From the human T2T-CHM13v2.0 reference genome, Homo sapiens, in assembly GCF_009914755.1 (NCBI RefSeq), contig NC_060934.1: DNA of 64,000 nucleotides. One strand, written 5' to 3'. Each line of letters opens with the position of its first letter. Positions within the stretch are counted from its first letter, which is position 1. Below are positions 1 through 12,899 of this stretch, piece after piece. Made by a program: the position numbers and the translations under genes. Below the pieces are notes generated by a model, which was given only the letters and a program-made list of their open reading frames with translations, searched no databases and was not told the DNA's origin.

Positions 1-192
1 CTCCTTCTTATAAGAACGCTTATGATAGCATTTAGGGCCCACCTGGAAAATCCAGGATTATGTCCTCATCTCAGAATCCTTAATTTAATTACATCTGCAA
101 AGATCTTTTTTCTAAATAAGGTAACATTTACAGCCTCCTGGTATGAGGACATAGACATATCTTTGGGAGCCATTATCAGCCTATCCAACAAT
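1..192 (-). mobile_element. MaLR LTR fragment (MLT1 family)
   Basis: tagggcccacctggaaaatccaggatta...atccttaatttaattacatctgcaaag...gacatatctttggg motifs. Confidence 0.7.
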
Positions 193-476
193 TCCACTCC
201 AGGGCATATAGAGCCACTAAAATATATAAAAACATATTGAGTTGTAACCTTGTAATTGATTAGTTTTTCCTGTGTGCATGTTATACTTCAAAGAAAAGAA
301 AAACCTACAGTATTCTTTGCTCATCATTAATTAACATCTAAAATTTTTCATTGTAAAGTGTAAATAATTAGAAAGGATATACAGTGAATTTTAGCATAAT
401 TTTTAAAGATATTTTTAAAGAAAATTGTTATATCACCCCTTCAGATCTACCCAGTGGAATGTAAATATTGGAATGA

Positions 477-814
<338 letters not shown>

Positions 815-2709
815 TAATGAGATCTTCAGAAATTCATATCATTTTTATTTCTCCTATAACATAATTTTTCATTCCACTTTCCCTACTGCATTTAATCTGA
901 GTGTATTATACTTTTATATTTGGAGATCTATCAATCATCCTATCATAATTCTCTGATACAAAAAAGTATGATAAACTTAATATTTTAACTTTTTTGACCA
1001 TAAGGCTTTGAGTATTTAAAAAATAAAAAAGTCTTCTGAGTCATATTGTCATGACAATTACTATTAGTACCCAATTGAGCAAAATAACATAAACATCATA
1101 AAATGTATATAGATACTGAACATAAAAATTTTATTGGCAATGTGTAGGCATACCTCATTTTATTGTGCTTCACTTTATTGCACTTTGCAGACACTGTGTT
1201 TCTTACAAAACTGAAGGTTTGTGGCAATCCTGCATTAATGCCATTTTTCCAACAACATGTGCTCACTTCATGTTTCTATGTCACTTTTTTGTAATTCTTG
1301 TTAATATTTCAAGCTTTTTCATTATGATTATTATGTTTGTTATGGTGATCTGTAATCAGTAATCTCTGGTATCACTATTGTAGTTGTTTGGGGGTGCCAT
1401 GCCTATGTAAGATGACAAACTTAACCAATAAATGTTGTGTGTGTTCTGACTGCGCCTCTGACTGGCCCATTCCCCCATCTTTTCCCTCATCTCAGACCTC
1501 CTATTCCCTGATTGAAATTAGTCCTATTAATAACCATATTAAAATTAGTCCTAATAATAACCCTACAACGGCCTCTAAGTGTTCAAATGAAAGGAAGAGC
1601 AACACATCTTTCACTTTGAATCAAAAGCTAGAAATAATTAAGCTTAGTGAGGAAGGTATGTCAAAAGCTGAGACAGGCCGAAAGCTAGGCATCTTGTGCC
1701 AAAGTTAGCCAAGCTATCAATACAAAGAAAAAGTTATTGAAGGAAATTAAAAGTGCTACTCCAGTGAACACACAAATGATAAGAAACTGAAATAGCCTTA
1801 TTGCTGATATGGAGAAAGTTTTAGTGGTCTAGATAGAAGATCAACCCAGTCATAACATTCCCTTAAGCCAAAGCCTAATCCAGAGCAAGGCCCTAGCTCC
1901 CCTCAATTCTATGAAGGCTGAGAGAGGTGAGGAAGTTGCCCAGGAAAAGTTGGGACTAGTAAAGTGTGGTTCACGAGGTTTAAGAAAAAAAGCCATCTCC
2001 ATAACATAAAATTACAAGATGAAGCAGTAAGTGCTGGATGTAGAAGCCTCAGCCAGTTATCCAGAAGATCAAGCTAAAATAACTGATGAAGGTGGCTACA
2101 CTAATCGACAGATTTTCAGTGTAGACAAAACAGCCTTCTCTTGGAACCAGATGTCACCTAGGACTTCCATAGCTAGAGAGATGTCAACACCTGGCCTTGA
2201 AGCTTCAAAAGATAGGCTGACTCTCTTGTTAAGGGTTAATACAGCCGGCGACTTTAGGCTAAAGCCAGCGCTCATTTACCATTCCAAAAATCCTAGGGCC
2301 CTTAAGAACGTTAAATCTACTTTGCCTGTGTTGTATAAATAATATTCCATTTTGTTGTCACAAAGCCTGGATGACAACACATCTGTTTACAGCAAACTTT
2401 ACTGAATATTTTAAACCCATCGTTGAGAACTACTGCTCAGAAATAAAGATTCCTTTCATAACATTACTGCTCATTGACAATGTACCTGGTTACCCAAGAG
2501 CTCTGATGCAGATGTACAAGGAAATTAATGTTGTTTTCACATGTGCCAACACGTCATCCATTCTGTAGCCTATGGATGAAGAAATAATTTCTAATTTTCA
2601 GTCTTATGATTTAAGAAATACATTTCATAAGGCTATGACTGCAATTCCTCTGGCAGGTCTGGGCAAAGTCAATTGGAAACCTTCTGCAAAAGATTCATTA
2701 TTATAGATG

Positions 2710-3076
2710 TAAACCTCATGTTGAATTGCAATCCCTAATACTGTAGGTATGGCCAGGTGGGAGGTCACTGGATAATGGAGATGGGCTTCTCATGAATGGC
2801 TCAGCACCATCTCCTTGGTGCTGTTCTCATGATAGTCAGTGAATTCTCATGAGATCTAGTCGTTTATGCCATCATGTGGCAATCCTGTTCCCTCTTCACC
2901 TTCTGCCATGATTGTAAGCTTCCTGAGACCTCCCCAGAAGCTGAGCAGATGCCAGTATCATGCTTCCTGTAAAGCCTGCAAAACTGTGCAGGCTTTAAAT
3001 CTGGTAAACCTCGTTTCTTTATAAATTACCCAGCCTGAGGTATTGCTTTCTAGCAATGCAAGAGCAGACTAATACA
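2710..3076 (+). mobile_element. MST-family MaLR solo LTR inserted in Tigger1
   Basis: ctcatgttgaattgcaatccc...ataaattacccagcctgaggtatt...cagactaataca; 5-bp TSD AGATG at 2705-2709 and 3077-3081. Confidence 0.85.
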
Positions 3077-3455
3077 AGATGCCATTAAGAGCATTTGTGA
3101 ATCATGGGAGGACTACATATCCACACAAACAGGAATTTAGAAGCTGATTTCAATGCTCATGGATGACTCTGAGGGGTTCCAAAATTCAGTGGAGGTTCCC
3201 ATCACTGCATATGTGGTGGGAATAGCAAGAGAACTGGAATTAGAAGTGAAGACTGAAGATGTGAGAGAACTGCTGCAATCTCAGGATAAAATTTGAATGG
3301 ATAAAGAGTTGCTTCTAATGGATAAGCAAAGAAAGCTATTTCTTGAGATGAAATCTACTCCTGGTAAAGATGCTGTGAATATTATTGAAATGAAAACAAC
3401 AGATTTAGAATATTCCATAAACTTAGTTATAAAGCAGCAGCAGGGTTTGAGATGA

Positions 3456-3774
<319 letters not shown>

Positions 3775-4035
3775 GATTGACTCCAATTTTTAAAGGTGTT
3801 CTATTGTAGGTAAGATGCTATCAAATAGCATCACGTGCTACAGAGAAATCTTTTAAGTGAATAGAAGCAAACTTTATTGTTATCTCATTTTAAGAAATGT
3901 TCACAGCCACCCCAACCTTCAGCAGCCACCACCCCGTCAGTCAGCAAACACCAACATCAAGGCAAGACTCTCCACCAGCAAAAAGATTATGACTTACTGA
4001 AGGCTCAGATGAGCTTTAGCATTTTTCAGCAATAA

Positions 4036-4339
<304 letters not shown>

Positions 4340-4725
4340 AAATATTTTTAAATTAAGGTATGTCCACTGTTTTTTTAAGACACAATGCTATTACACACTT
4401 AATAGACTACAATATAGTGTAAACATAACTTTCATATGCACTGGGAAACCAAAAACTTTGACTTACTGCAATGTGTTAGTCTGGAACAAAACCCGCGGTA
4501 TCCCCGAGGTATGGCTGTATCTCTTAATGAGATTAATGTGGATTTTATTTTACAAATCTGTGCACTTATAATAGTATTAGTCAATGTACAAAATAAATCC
4601 TTTTTATTTTATTTTTAAATATAAGCTCTGAGAAAGCTTGCTTACATAAATAAGTAGATAGGAAAAGTGACCATTTCTTTAATGGCAATGTCACAAAATT
4701 TTTTGATCTCCTCAGAGTTACATAC

Positions 4726-4905
4726 CAAACATCCCATGGTGATCTATGATTTAAAATTACGTTTAATTATCTATTGGTTAATAGCTACATTAGGTCTTTC
4801 TTCAATTTGGTTGAAAGAAAGAAACCACCTAAACTGAAAAAGATTTGTTGCTCCAAGATTTGAGTCAATCACTTCAGGACCAGCACCAATTTTCCTTCCA
4901 TGCAC
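4726..4905 (-). pseudogene. Pseudo-exon candidate (180 nt)
   Basis: Acceptor ttcctactcttgctaag|, donor TTG|GTATGT; length divisible by 3; VHGRKIGAGPEVIDSNLGATNLFQFRWFLSFNQIEERPNVAINQ*IIKRNFKS*ITMGCL. Confidence 0.35.
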
Positions 4906-4999
4906 CTTAGCAAGAGTAGGAATGGATGAGAAGTACACAAAGAACACTAATTTTATTTAAGTATAGTTATCAAGATATTTTTTAAAACTAGGGACATAG

Positions 5000-5338
5000 T
5001 ATTAAATATGCTTTAATGTTAATGCATTAAGTAAAAGATCAGGCAGCAGGTCTAATACCCCATAATTTCACAGCCGTGAGCAAAAATATTTCTACATACC
5101 ACAAGGTGCGTGACAGTTCCATGATTTCCATGGTGACAAGAGTACGGGTACTGTTAACACTCCTGTGATTTCTATTGGTGACAGTCACAGGTACTGCTAA
5201 TATTACTGTGCTTTGTGATTGTTTTCATAATTGAAGAAGATGCTAACATTTACTCAGATATTAGACAAAACAAAGATGTTCTTTTCTTTCCACCCTCGTT
5301 CACAGACGACCAGAATTCTAGGGTTAAGAACTCCTAGT
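5000..5338. mobile_element. hAT-Charlie-type DNA transposon fragment
   Basis: cacaggtactgctaatattactgtg and terminal gggttaagaactcct motifs; family uncertain. Confidence 0.5.
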
Positions 5339-5465
5339 TTAACAATGGAAGGAAGAAGGGAGTGATGGTGAAGCGAAGCAGTCAGGGGAGAGGTGAAAAG
5401 CGAAGCGAGGAAAGGAGGAGACGGACAGGTAGAAGGAATGGAATGAAGACAGGCAAGAAGGAAAT

Positions 5466-5719
5466 CTATCTCAATCTCTGGGCTCGGGCTACACAAAAAG
5501 CTTGCAGATTCACAGCCAGCGATGTGGTTATTTCTATGGCGATTTTATATCAACATTTTATAACAACTAGGTTCTTCAGTTGAGTCCTACCCACTAATCT
5601 CTTCCTCAGTTCCATAAACAGGGTCACCCGGCTGCAGAACTGCAAGTCCCAATACAACCAGGATTTTCAGCCCTCTTCCCCAAACAGCATCTTCACAGAC
5701 ACGTTCCAAATCTTGTGCC
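5466..5719 (-). pseudogene. Pseudo-exon candidate
   Basis: Follows an 85-nt GT-AG intron (5804-5720) in matching phase 1; GHKIWNVSVKMLFGEEG*KSWLYWDLQFCSRVTLFMELRKRLVGRTQLKNLVVIKC*YKIAIEITTSLAVNLQAFCVARAQRLR*, with only two internal TGA stops. Confidence 0.45.
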
Positions 5720-5804
5720 CTTAATTAACAGGGAGTCCATATTTTCTTGGGATAGTCCCTCCCCATTAGTCCCTCTAGGAGTCCTCAAAGAGGGGGATGC
5801 TCAC

Positions 5805-6382
5805 CTCTCTTCTCAGCCGCCACCTGCTGCTCTCGGACCCTCAGCTCCAAGTCCCACAGCTCCGGCTTCCTCATCTCCAGGTCCCTCAGCTCCCGGTTCC
5901 TCAACCCTGGGTCCCTCAGCCCACTGTTGGGTGCCGGCGGCTCCGCGCTGTCATCAGCCTCTTCTGTCCACCCACCCGGGGGCGCTGAAAATAATCTTCT
6001 CTGGCTCCCTCTTGTTTGGAAGTAGAGCCTTCTCACCCCTGTCATCAATCATCGCTTTTCTTGGACCCTCCGCGGTCTGCCCCTGGGAGGGCACAGGCTC
6101 CCGCCAGGCCTCGGGTGGCTGCTCTCGCTGCCATTCCGCGGGGGCTCAGGCGGGCTCTTGTGCGCTCGGGCGCCTTTTCCTCTCAGGAGCTCAGCTCCAG
6201 AGACCACCATTCTTCCGCAGGCTCTGTTGACTCGAGTCCGCTGTTCTGAGGCATTCAAGCCACAGAATGTCAGGGCAGAGGCGGAACACGTGTTAAAGGG
6301 TCGCTGCAGAGTCATGGCCTATGAGGAAGCTCTCGAACTTTCCATGACCCTTGAAGCGCTTTCAAAGGCAAAAGTTCCGGGC
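5805..6382 (-). pseudogene. Large CpG-rich pseudo-exon candidate
   Basis: Acceptor cctcctcacag|, donor GAG|GTGAGC; ARNFCL*KRFKGHGKFESFLIGHDSAATL*HVFRLCPDILWLECL, then an E/P-rich linker and a pentapeptide repeat in shifted frames. Confidence 0.5.
5833..5922 (-). repeat. Six-copy 15-bp degenerate tandem repeat (consensus GAGCTGAGGGACCNG)
   Basis: Units gggctgagggaccca, gggttgaggaaccgg, gagctgagggacctg, gagatgaggaagccg, gagctgtgggacttg, gagctgagggtccga. Confidence 0.85.
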
Positions 6383-6473
6383 CTGTGAGGAGGCTCCGCG
6401 ATGGCGGGCCTGGCTGAGGGCGAGCAGCCTGCCTGGCGCTCATGCAGGGGACTGTGTGGCGGCAGCCTCTCAC

Positions 6474-6598
6474 CTCGCAGTCTCAGCCCCACCCAGACAA
6501 AATACTGATTCACCAGCAGAGAAGGGCCATTGACTAGGAAGCCCTCGGAGCAAAACAGCACCGGATTCCGTTTGTCCCAGAGTATCTTCCCCCGCCCC
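6474..6598 (-). pseudogene. Pseudo-exon candidate (KILWDKRNPVLFCSEGF...)
   Basis: Acceptor tttcttgtttggctctgag|, donor GAG|GTGAGA; peptide resembles the RGS terminal helix K.L..D.YP.FL.SE; followed by a 91-nt GT-AG intron 6473-6383. Confidence 0.45.
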
Positions 6599-6621
6599 CT
6601 CAGAGCCAAACAAGAAAGTAA

Positions 6622-7020
<399 letters not shown>

Positions 7021-7194
7021 TAAATCTTCTGTTTGTTTATACAAACAATATATTCCCAGCTCTTACTGTGTGGTGGATACTGGAAATATTCCAGTCTCTG
7101 GAATCATCATATGCATCATTTATTGGCAAGAATTTGACAGAATCCAAATTCCCGGCAATAAATAAAACTGGCTATTACTGGCCAGTTTACTTAC

Positions 7195-7228
7195 CATTAA
7201 ATAAAAATAAGCTATTATCCATTATATT
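7195..7228 (-). pseudogene. 34-nt pseudo-exon candidate (NIMDNSLFLFN)
   Basis: Acceptor ttcttgttcttctcctggcgtttag|, perfect donor ATG|GTAAGT; in frame with the unshifted frame of the 8377-8625 exon. Confidence 0.45.
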
Positions 7229-7684
7229 CTAAACGCCAGGAGAAGAACAAGAATCTGTGGGAACATGGGGGTGCTCCTGACATTTATAATTAATTATAAA
7301 ATAATTATATGTAAAATAATATAATTATTTTATAATGGATATAGTAATTATATTATAAATGCCAGGAGAAGAACAAGAATCTGTGGCAACATGGGGGTGC
7401 TTTTGACCCACACTTGGGGAATCATGGAAAGCTTAGAGAAACTTCAAAGCTGAGACCTAAAATACAAATAAGGAGGAGTTTTCTAAGCCAAGGAAAGTGG
7501 ACAGAGAAATTTCCAGGCAAAAGCCACAGCGTGTAGCAAGAGAAGACAAGAGAAAGCATGGCTCATTGGAGAAACTGAAACAAACTCAATATGGCTGAAT
7601 GGTGGCAGTGCAGGGAGTAGTTATGACTATTGGTTCTGGAGGTAGCCTATCTGTGTTCAAATCCCACTTGCCACTATTGAGAAG

Positions 7685-7985
7685 CAAGAAGGGAGGCATA
7701 GAGGAGGGATTTTTTTAAAGGATACAAAATGACAGCTAGATGGGAGGAATAAGTTCTAGTGTTGTATACCACTGTAGGATGACTATAGTTAACAATAATA
7801 ATAGTTTCAAATAGCTAGAAGGAGGATACTGAATTTTCCCAACACAAAAAAATGATAAATGTTTGAGATTATAGATATGCTAATTACCCTGACCTGATCA
7901 CCATACAGTATATGTATCAAAACATCACTATGTACCTCATGAATATATACAATTATTATTTGTCAATTTAAAAAATCAAGTTAAT
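7685..7985 (+). mobile_element. L1M 3' end fragment
   Basis: aggaataagttctagtgttgtata...gctaattaccctgacctgatcacc...caattattatttgtcaatt. Confidence 0.8.
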
Positions 7986-8376
7986 AAAATTAAATATCTT
8001 TAAAAGATTGGAAAAGGCAGCTTGTGAAGGACTTTGGGAAGCCATATTAAGGGGTATATGATATATCCTAAGAACAATAGAGCACCACTGGAAGGTTTTA
8101 AGCAGGGGATTAACATAATTAGATTTATATTGTATAAAGATTACTCTCTGCCTTGTAAAGAACGGAGGAGAAAAACAAAACAAGACGGGAGTCAGGAAAA
8201 ATAGGCTTGAAGAAGCCAAGGCCACCATGAGTGAACCAATGAAATCCCTTATAGATATGTTTTCACTCTTACTAATAAAACAGTGAAGGCTGTCAATGTT
8301 AACATTCACCTACGTGAATAATAGCAATGTGTCCAAATAATTTCAATTTATCATCCCTTGCTTGCCAAAAACTTAC

Positions 8377-8625
8377 CAGTTTTGACAAGATGATTGGAAA
8401 TTTGTTTTGCTTCGTTGCAGATAATCTGCAAACTAAAAAGATGTCCCTATTGGCTCCTCCATCCAAATATGTCTTTCTGATTTTGTAACACAGGGTTGTC
8501 TTTGACTCCCATTATCCTTGATCCCACAGGTTCACAGAGACAGAGTCACTTGTGTACTCAATACAGAAAGGCCTTCGGCACACTTTAGTCTGTTATGCCT
8601 AGCTGAAGAGGTATTTCTTAATCCT
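8377..8625 (-). pseudogene. Pseudo-exon candidate with an RGS-like core
   Basis: Donor CTG|GTAAGT at 8376-8371; IKKYLFS*A*QTKVCRRPFCIEYTSDSVSVNLWDQG*WESKTTLCYKIRKTYLDGGANRDIF, with the alternative frame LQIICNEAKQISNHLVKT near the end. Confidence 0.55.
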
Positions 8626-8950
8626 CTAACCAGAATACAGGGTTATAGGTCTTGTTTCAGCTCATGATACATAAGTTCATGACAAGGCACATGCCCTCAA
8701 CTCTTCCTACACCAGCTCAATTCCCTGCCTCTTAATAGACCAGAAAACAAATCCTTGCTTTACTTCCTCTTAGCTTCCTTTGCCTCTCCCAGACTGTATC
8801 GCAAAAAGCTCAAATCTTGTTCTTACGTGTTTTCTCTCCTGTTTTTTTTTTCCCTTTTCCTCTCCCTAAACTGTCTCTTTTCCTCATTATCCCCAAAAGA
8901 AATGACTCAAGATCACACATTCTCAAATAGGGAGGCAAATTCTTATTTAC

Positions 8951-9011
8951 CAGAATTTCTCATAGGAAAAAAGATAATCATCCATAACTATCCAAGTAAT
9001 TAACTCATTGC
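8951..9011 (-). pseudogene. Pseudo-exon candidate
   Basis: Donor TG|GTAAAT at 8950-8945; NELITWIVMDDYLFSYEKF; acceptor weak, abutting a MIR. Confidence 0.35.
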
Positions 9012-9039
9012 CTGTTCTCTAGACCCTGGGCAAGTCATA

Positions 9040-9255
9040 CTGCTGAGATGCAAATCCTGGCTCAACCACTTACTTGCTGTGTGACCTTAGGCAAGTTATA
9101 CTTAGCCACTTTTCACTTCACTTTCCCTATCTGTAAGGTAGAGATAATGGTCCTGTCTCATAGGGTTACTGTGAGGGTTAAATGAGTTGATGTATGTAAA
9201 ATACTGAACAGAGTCAGGAATATTCTAAGAACTCAATAAGTGTTGGCTATTACTG
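9040..9255 (+). mobile_element. MIR SINE
   Basis: Core ccacttacttgctgtgtgaccttaggcaagtta...tctgtaa...gggttactgtgagggttaaatgag. Confidence 0.75.
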
Positions 9256-10572
9256 TATGCTAGGCACTGGGAATATAGCAATGAGTGAGACAGGGAAGAT
9301 CCTTGCTCTCCTGGACTTTATATCCTAATGAGGGGGAATATAATAAACAATCAAGTAAATAAAGATAACCGCAGAGTATGATAATCTTATAAAGAGAATA
9401 ACGGAATGAGGATGGAGACTTTAGGTAAGATGGTCAGGGACAGAGGAAAAATGAGAAGGAATCAACAATGCAAGGAGCTGGAGAAATAAGCAGCAAATTT
9501 GAAGACCGTAAGAACCATCATAAGGATGGAAAGAGCTTGGAGAGTTCTCACAACAAGAGGCCAGTGTGGCTGATGATTGGTGAGCTCAGGGGAGAGTGGC
9601 GGAAGCTAAGCCAACGTTTAGGTGAAGGCCTGATTCAGCAAAACCATGTGTATCCTGTTAAGAGGCTGGATTTATTTTCAATGTCATGGGAAGACACTGA
9701 AGGGTATTAAGCAGGTAAATAATATTATCAGGTCTATGTTTTAAGAAGACCCTTTCTAGATCTCTGTGAAATGCATTGCCCCAAGCAACCTGCTCAGCTA
9801 ACAAAATTTCAGCACTGCCCAGGAACTTAAAGTTCATGAAAATTCATCTCCAAAGTCCCTCCTCTTCTAATAATCAGTGATTCGATGCTGAAGTTGAAGA
9901 GACCTTTGATTTCTCAGCAACACAATCTAAGTACAGAGCTGTATTATTTCTTTTTCCCTTTGTGCCATTGGTTTTAAATGGTTGAGTCATGTCAAATAAA
10001 TGCTTTTAATTGTTCTTGTTTCTTGCCTCCAAATTCCCAAATGCTAATCAACAATTTTCTGCTAATGAAGTGTCCAAAACTTAAAACAGCATCCCAGGTG
10101 CTATCTCACTAGGGCCAAACAGAAAGAGCTATTATCTCCCTGCTTTATGACAAGAGACCAATGTCATATTTTTCTCACAATATTATACAGCAGACATGTA
10201 TCTAATTTGCCATTTAGCATCACCCTAGGGCCTCTTACAGCTATTACTGTTTTCCAGGTGTTGCCCGCCTCATGAAAAAATTTCTTTCCAATTATTTTTC
10301 CCCAGATGCTTCTGCTTGAAATTTTTCCAAGTTGAGTGTCATTCCCTCTGCCATATTGTTAATGTTTTATATAATTTATTTTACTTTCCTGGTGTTTGCA
10401 ACATGTCTTCTTTTAGTGTCATCTGAAAATTTCATTAACATGTTTGTGGACAGGATGTAGCTAGAAGGGAAGTGCTGAGGGACTCATCTTCTGTTCCTTT
10501 ATTAGTTAGGTATTGGTTCTAGAAATGGAGAAGGAGCCCATTCATCAAAAGTAGAATTTGTCTCTACTCTTT

Positions 10573-10577
<5 letters not shown>

Positions 10578-10605
<28 letters not shown>
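10578..10605 (+). repeat. (AC)n microsatellite
   Basis: Perfect run of about 14 units. Confidence 0.9.
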
Positions 10606-10607
<2 letters not shown>

Positions 10608-10792
10608 CATTGACATGAACAAAATGTCTATATCAGGGATCCCTAACATGGGGATCACAGACACGATGGCACACTGGGGTTCCCATGCACCCCTGTGATT
10701 GTATTCACAATAAATTAACATTGTTGTATCCTTGAGTAGATATGCAGTTTTCTAGGGAAAAGGCCAATAGCTCTCATTAGAATCTCATGGAG

Positions 10793-11089
10793 GGCCAGGT
10801 GTGGTGGCTCACGCCTCTAATCCCAGAAATTTGGGAGGCCGAGGCAGGTGGATCACTTGAAGTCAGGAGTTCGAGATCAGCCTGGTCAACATGGTGAAAC
10901 CCCATCTCTACTAAAAATACAAAAAATTAGCTGGGCATGGTGGCACACACCTGTAATTCCAGCCACTCAGGAGGCTGAGGCAGGAGAATCATTTAAACTC
11001 AGAAGGCGGAGGTTGCAGTGAGCCAAGATGGCGCCACTGCACTCCAGCCTGGAGGACAGGGTGAGACTCTGTCTCACACACACAAAAAA
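10793..11089 (+). mobile_element. Alu
   Basis: Full dimer; TSD agaatctcatgg. Confidence 0.95.
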
Positions 11090-11918
11090 GAATCTCATGG
11101 GAGTGTGTAAACTGCAAAAAGATTAAGAACTTTTGTTTTATATCATTATTTCTCAAAGACTGAGCCAACAGTCAGCTCTATTGGAATCACATGGGATGCT
11201 TAGTAAAATGCAGATTCTTAGGCCCTATTCTAGACATACATAATGCAAATGGAGATAGGAATGTCAATTATTTTTGACTGGGATAAGTACGTTAATTGTA
11301 CAAAATTTAAAAGGTCAAAAAATCTCCTATCCCTGTTTCCTAGCTACCAGTTTCTTTTCAGTGAGGCAACCACTGTTACCAGTTTTCTGTATATTTTTTA
11401 GAACCTGAAAAAAACAAAAACAACAACAACAACAACAACAACAACAAACTCCCCAGGTGATTTATATGATGTTTATGTACAATAAAATTTGAGAACCATT
11501 GCCCTATAAAGAAAAAGAATGAATGTTTAACTGTGCTAAAGGCTGTCTCAATCAGACAGACCTTTTCCCCCTACCCATTTAAGAGCCTGATTATCCTGAC
11601 AAACAACACTCAAAGCCAATTACATATATACAGCTTTCCATTCTTTCATCTCCTCTCAGTAAAGAAAACGTCTTCAATCTTTTTTCGGTTTGGCTAGAAT
11701 TTATCACCTCTGCTTCTGGCTCTCTGTTGACCTAGTCTGACACCCCACCCTGATTCAGGTGTTGAGTAAACTGGTAGCCAAAGTGGGATTGACCTTCTGA
11801 CTGCCCAAAAGCTGTGGATTACTCATTCCCTCCAGAAAAACTTCTTAACCTTTTTGGTAAAACAAAAAATCTCCCTAGCCTAGGCAGCTTCTCTTATTAA
11901 CTGATAGAAACAGCTTAC

Positions 11919-12139
11919 CTCAGAAATGCTATACACAAAATTAATCATTTCTTGTCGGCATTAACAAGTCTAGATGGTCTTGTACCTGCTCTACTGGCAG
12001 GTGTAGAAGCAGCCAACTCTACACTGTGGAATGGAAGCTGTATCTCTCAGCTTCTGCCTGAGTTGGGTCCAGAGATTCAAGCACAGTAAAGCATAGGTTC
12101 ATGTTTTCATATGTGAAGCTCTGTTGAATGTGGAATGCC
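11919..12139 (-). pseudogene. Pseudo-exon candidate (221 nt)
   Basis: Acceptor catctgttctctattatag|, donor GAG|GTAAGC; AFHIQQSFTYENMNLCFTVLESLDPTQAEAERYSFHSTV*SWLLLHLPVEQVQDHLDLLM, frameshift, RQEMINFVYSISE. Confidence 0.6.
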
Positions 12140-12199
12140 CTATAATAGAGAACAGATGTACCTTAAATGCCAGCTGAAAACTTTAGCTCCCAATTTCAC

Positions 12200-12898
12200 A
12201 CCTGACAGGCTAACAAATATATGAAGAGAGGCACAAAGTTGTTAGGAATCAGGGACATTCAAACTGAAAGAATGAGATAACGCTTCATGCCCATTAGCTT
12301 AGCCAAATTGGGAAGTGAACAATACCAAATGTAGGCTATGATGTAGGAAAACAGAAAACCTTAGGCACTACTGGTGGAGAGGCAATTCTGAGGGAACGCA
12401 TACACTGTGGTCCAACAGTCCCATGGCAGCTACATCCTAAAGGAATTGCCTCACAGATCCAGTAAGATCATGGTCAAGGATTCCCCTGTGGCTCTATCAG
12501 TAGTAATGGGAAGTAACTTAAATGTCCATCTCCAAAGGAATGGATAAAAATAACATTCTGGCTATCCACTATGGAACACCATGCAGCATTTAAAACACCA
12601 AACCAGCTATACGTTCAGCAACATGAACAGATTTTACACAGAGTGTTGTGTGAAAATGTAATAAAAAGGACAAGTTCTATAGTAATTTTATGAAAATTAA
12701 AAACACATACACAGGCAGAAAGTAGATTAGTGGTTGCTGGAGGCTTGGGGCAGGGATTGGAGAGAAACTGTGAATGGGTACAGGATTTATTTTAGGTGTG
12801 ATGAAAATGTTCTGGAATTAGATTGTGGTGATTGTTGAACAACTGTGTAAATATTCTAAAAAAAAATCACTGAATTTTTCCTTTTTAAAGGGTCAATT
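12200..12898 (+). mobile_element. Old L1M 3' region
   Basis: aaatgtccatc...gaatggataaa, gtagattagtggttgc, gatgaaaatgttctggaattaga motifs; continues past the Alu at 12900-13180. Confidence 0.7.
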
Positions 12899-12899
12899 T

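Noticed and set aside
1388-2568. Transposase-like ORFs as a domesticated TIGD-type gene
   Set aside because: Fragmented by stops, frameshifts and nested insertions; an ordinary Tigger1 fossil.
5715-6230. 171-aa plus-strand Ser/Pro-rich ORF
   Set aside because: Antisense reading of the 15-bp repeat and GC-rich pseudo-exon; the coherent splice signals are on the minus strand.
9790-9926. Additional minus-strand pseudo-exon candidate (…LLEEEGLWR*IFMNFKFLGSAEILLAEQ)
   Set aside because: Weak donor (GTTGCT) and adjacent to L2-like sequence; not strong enough to list, but worth including in the tblastn test.
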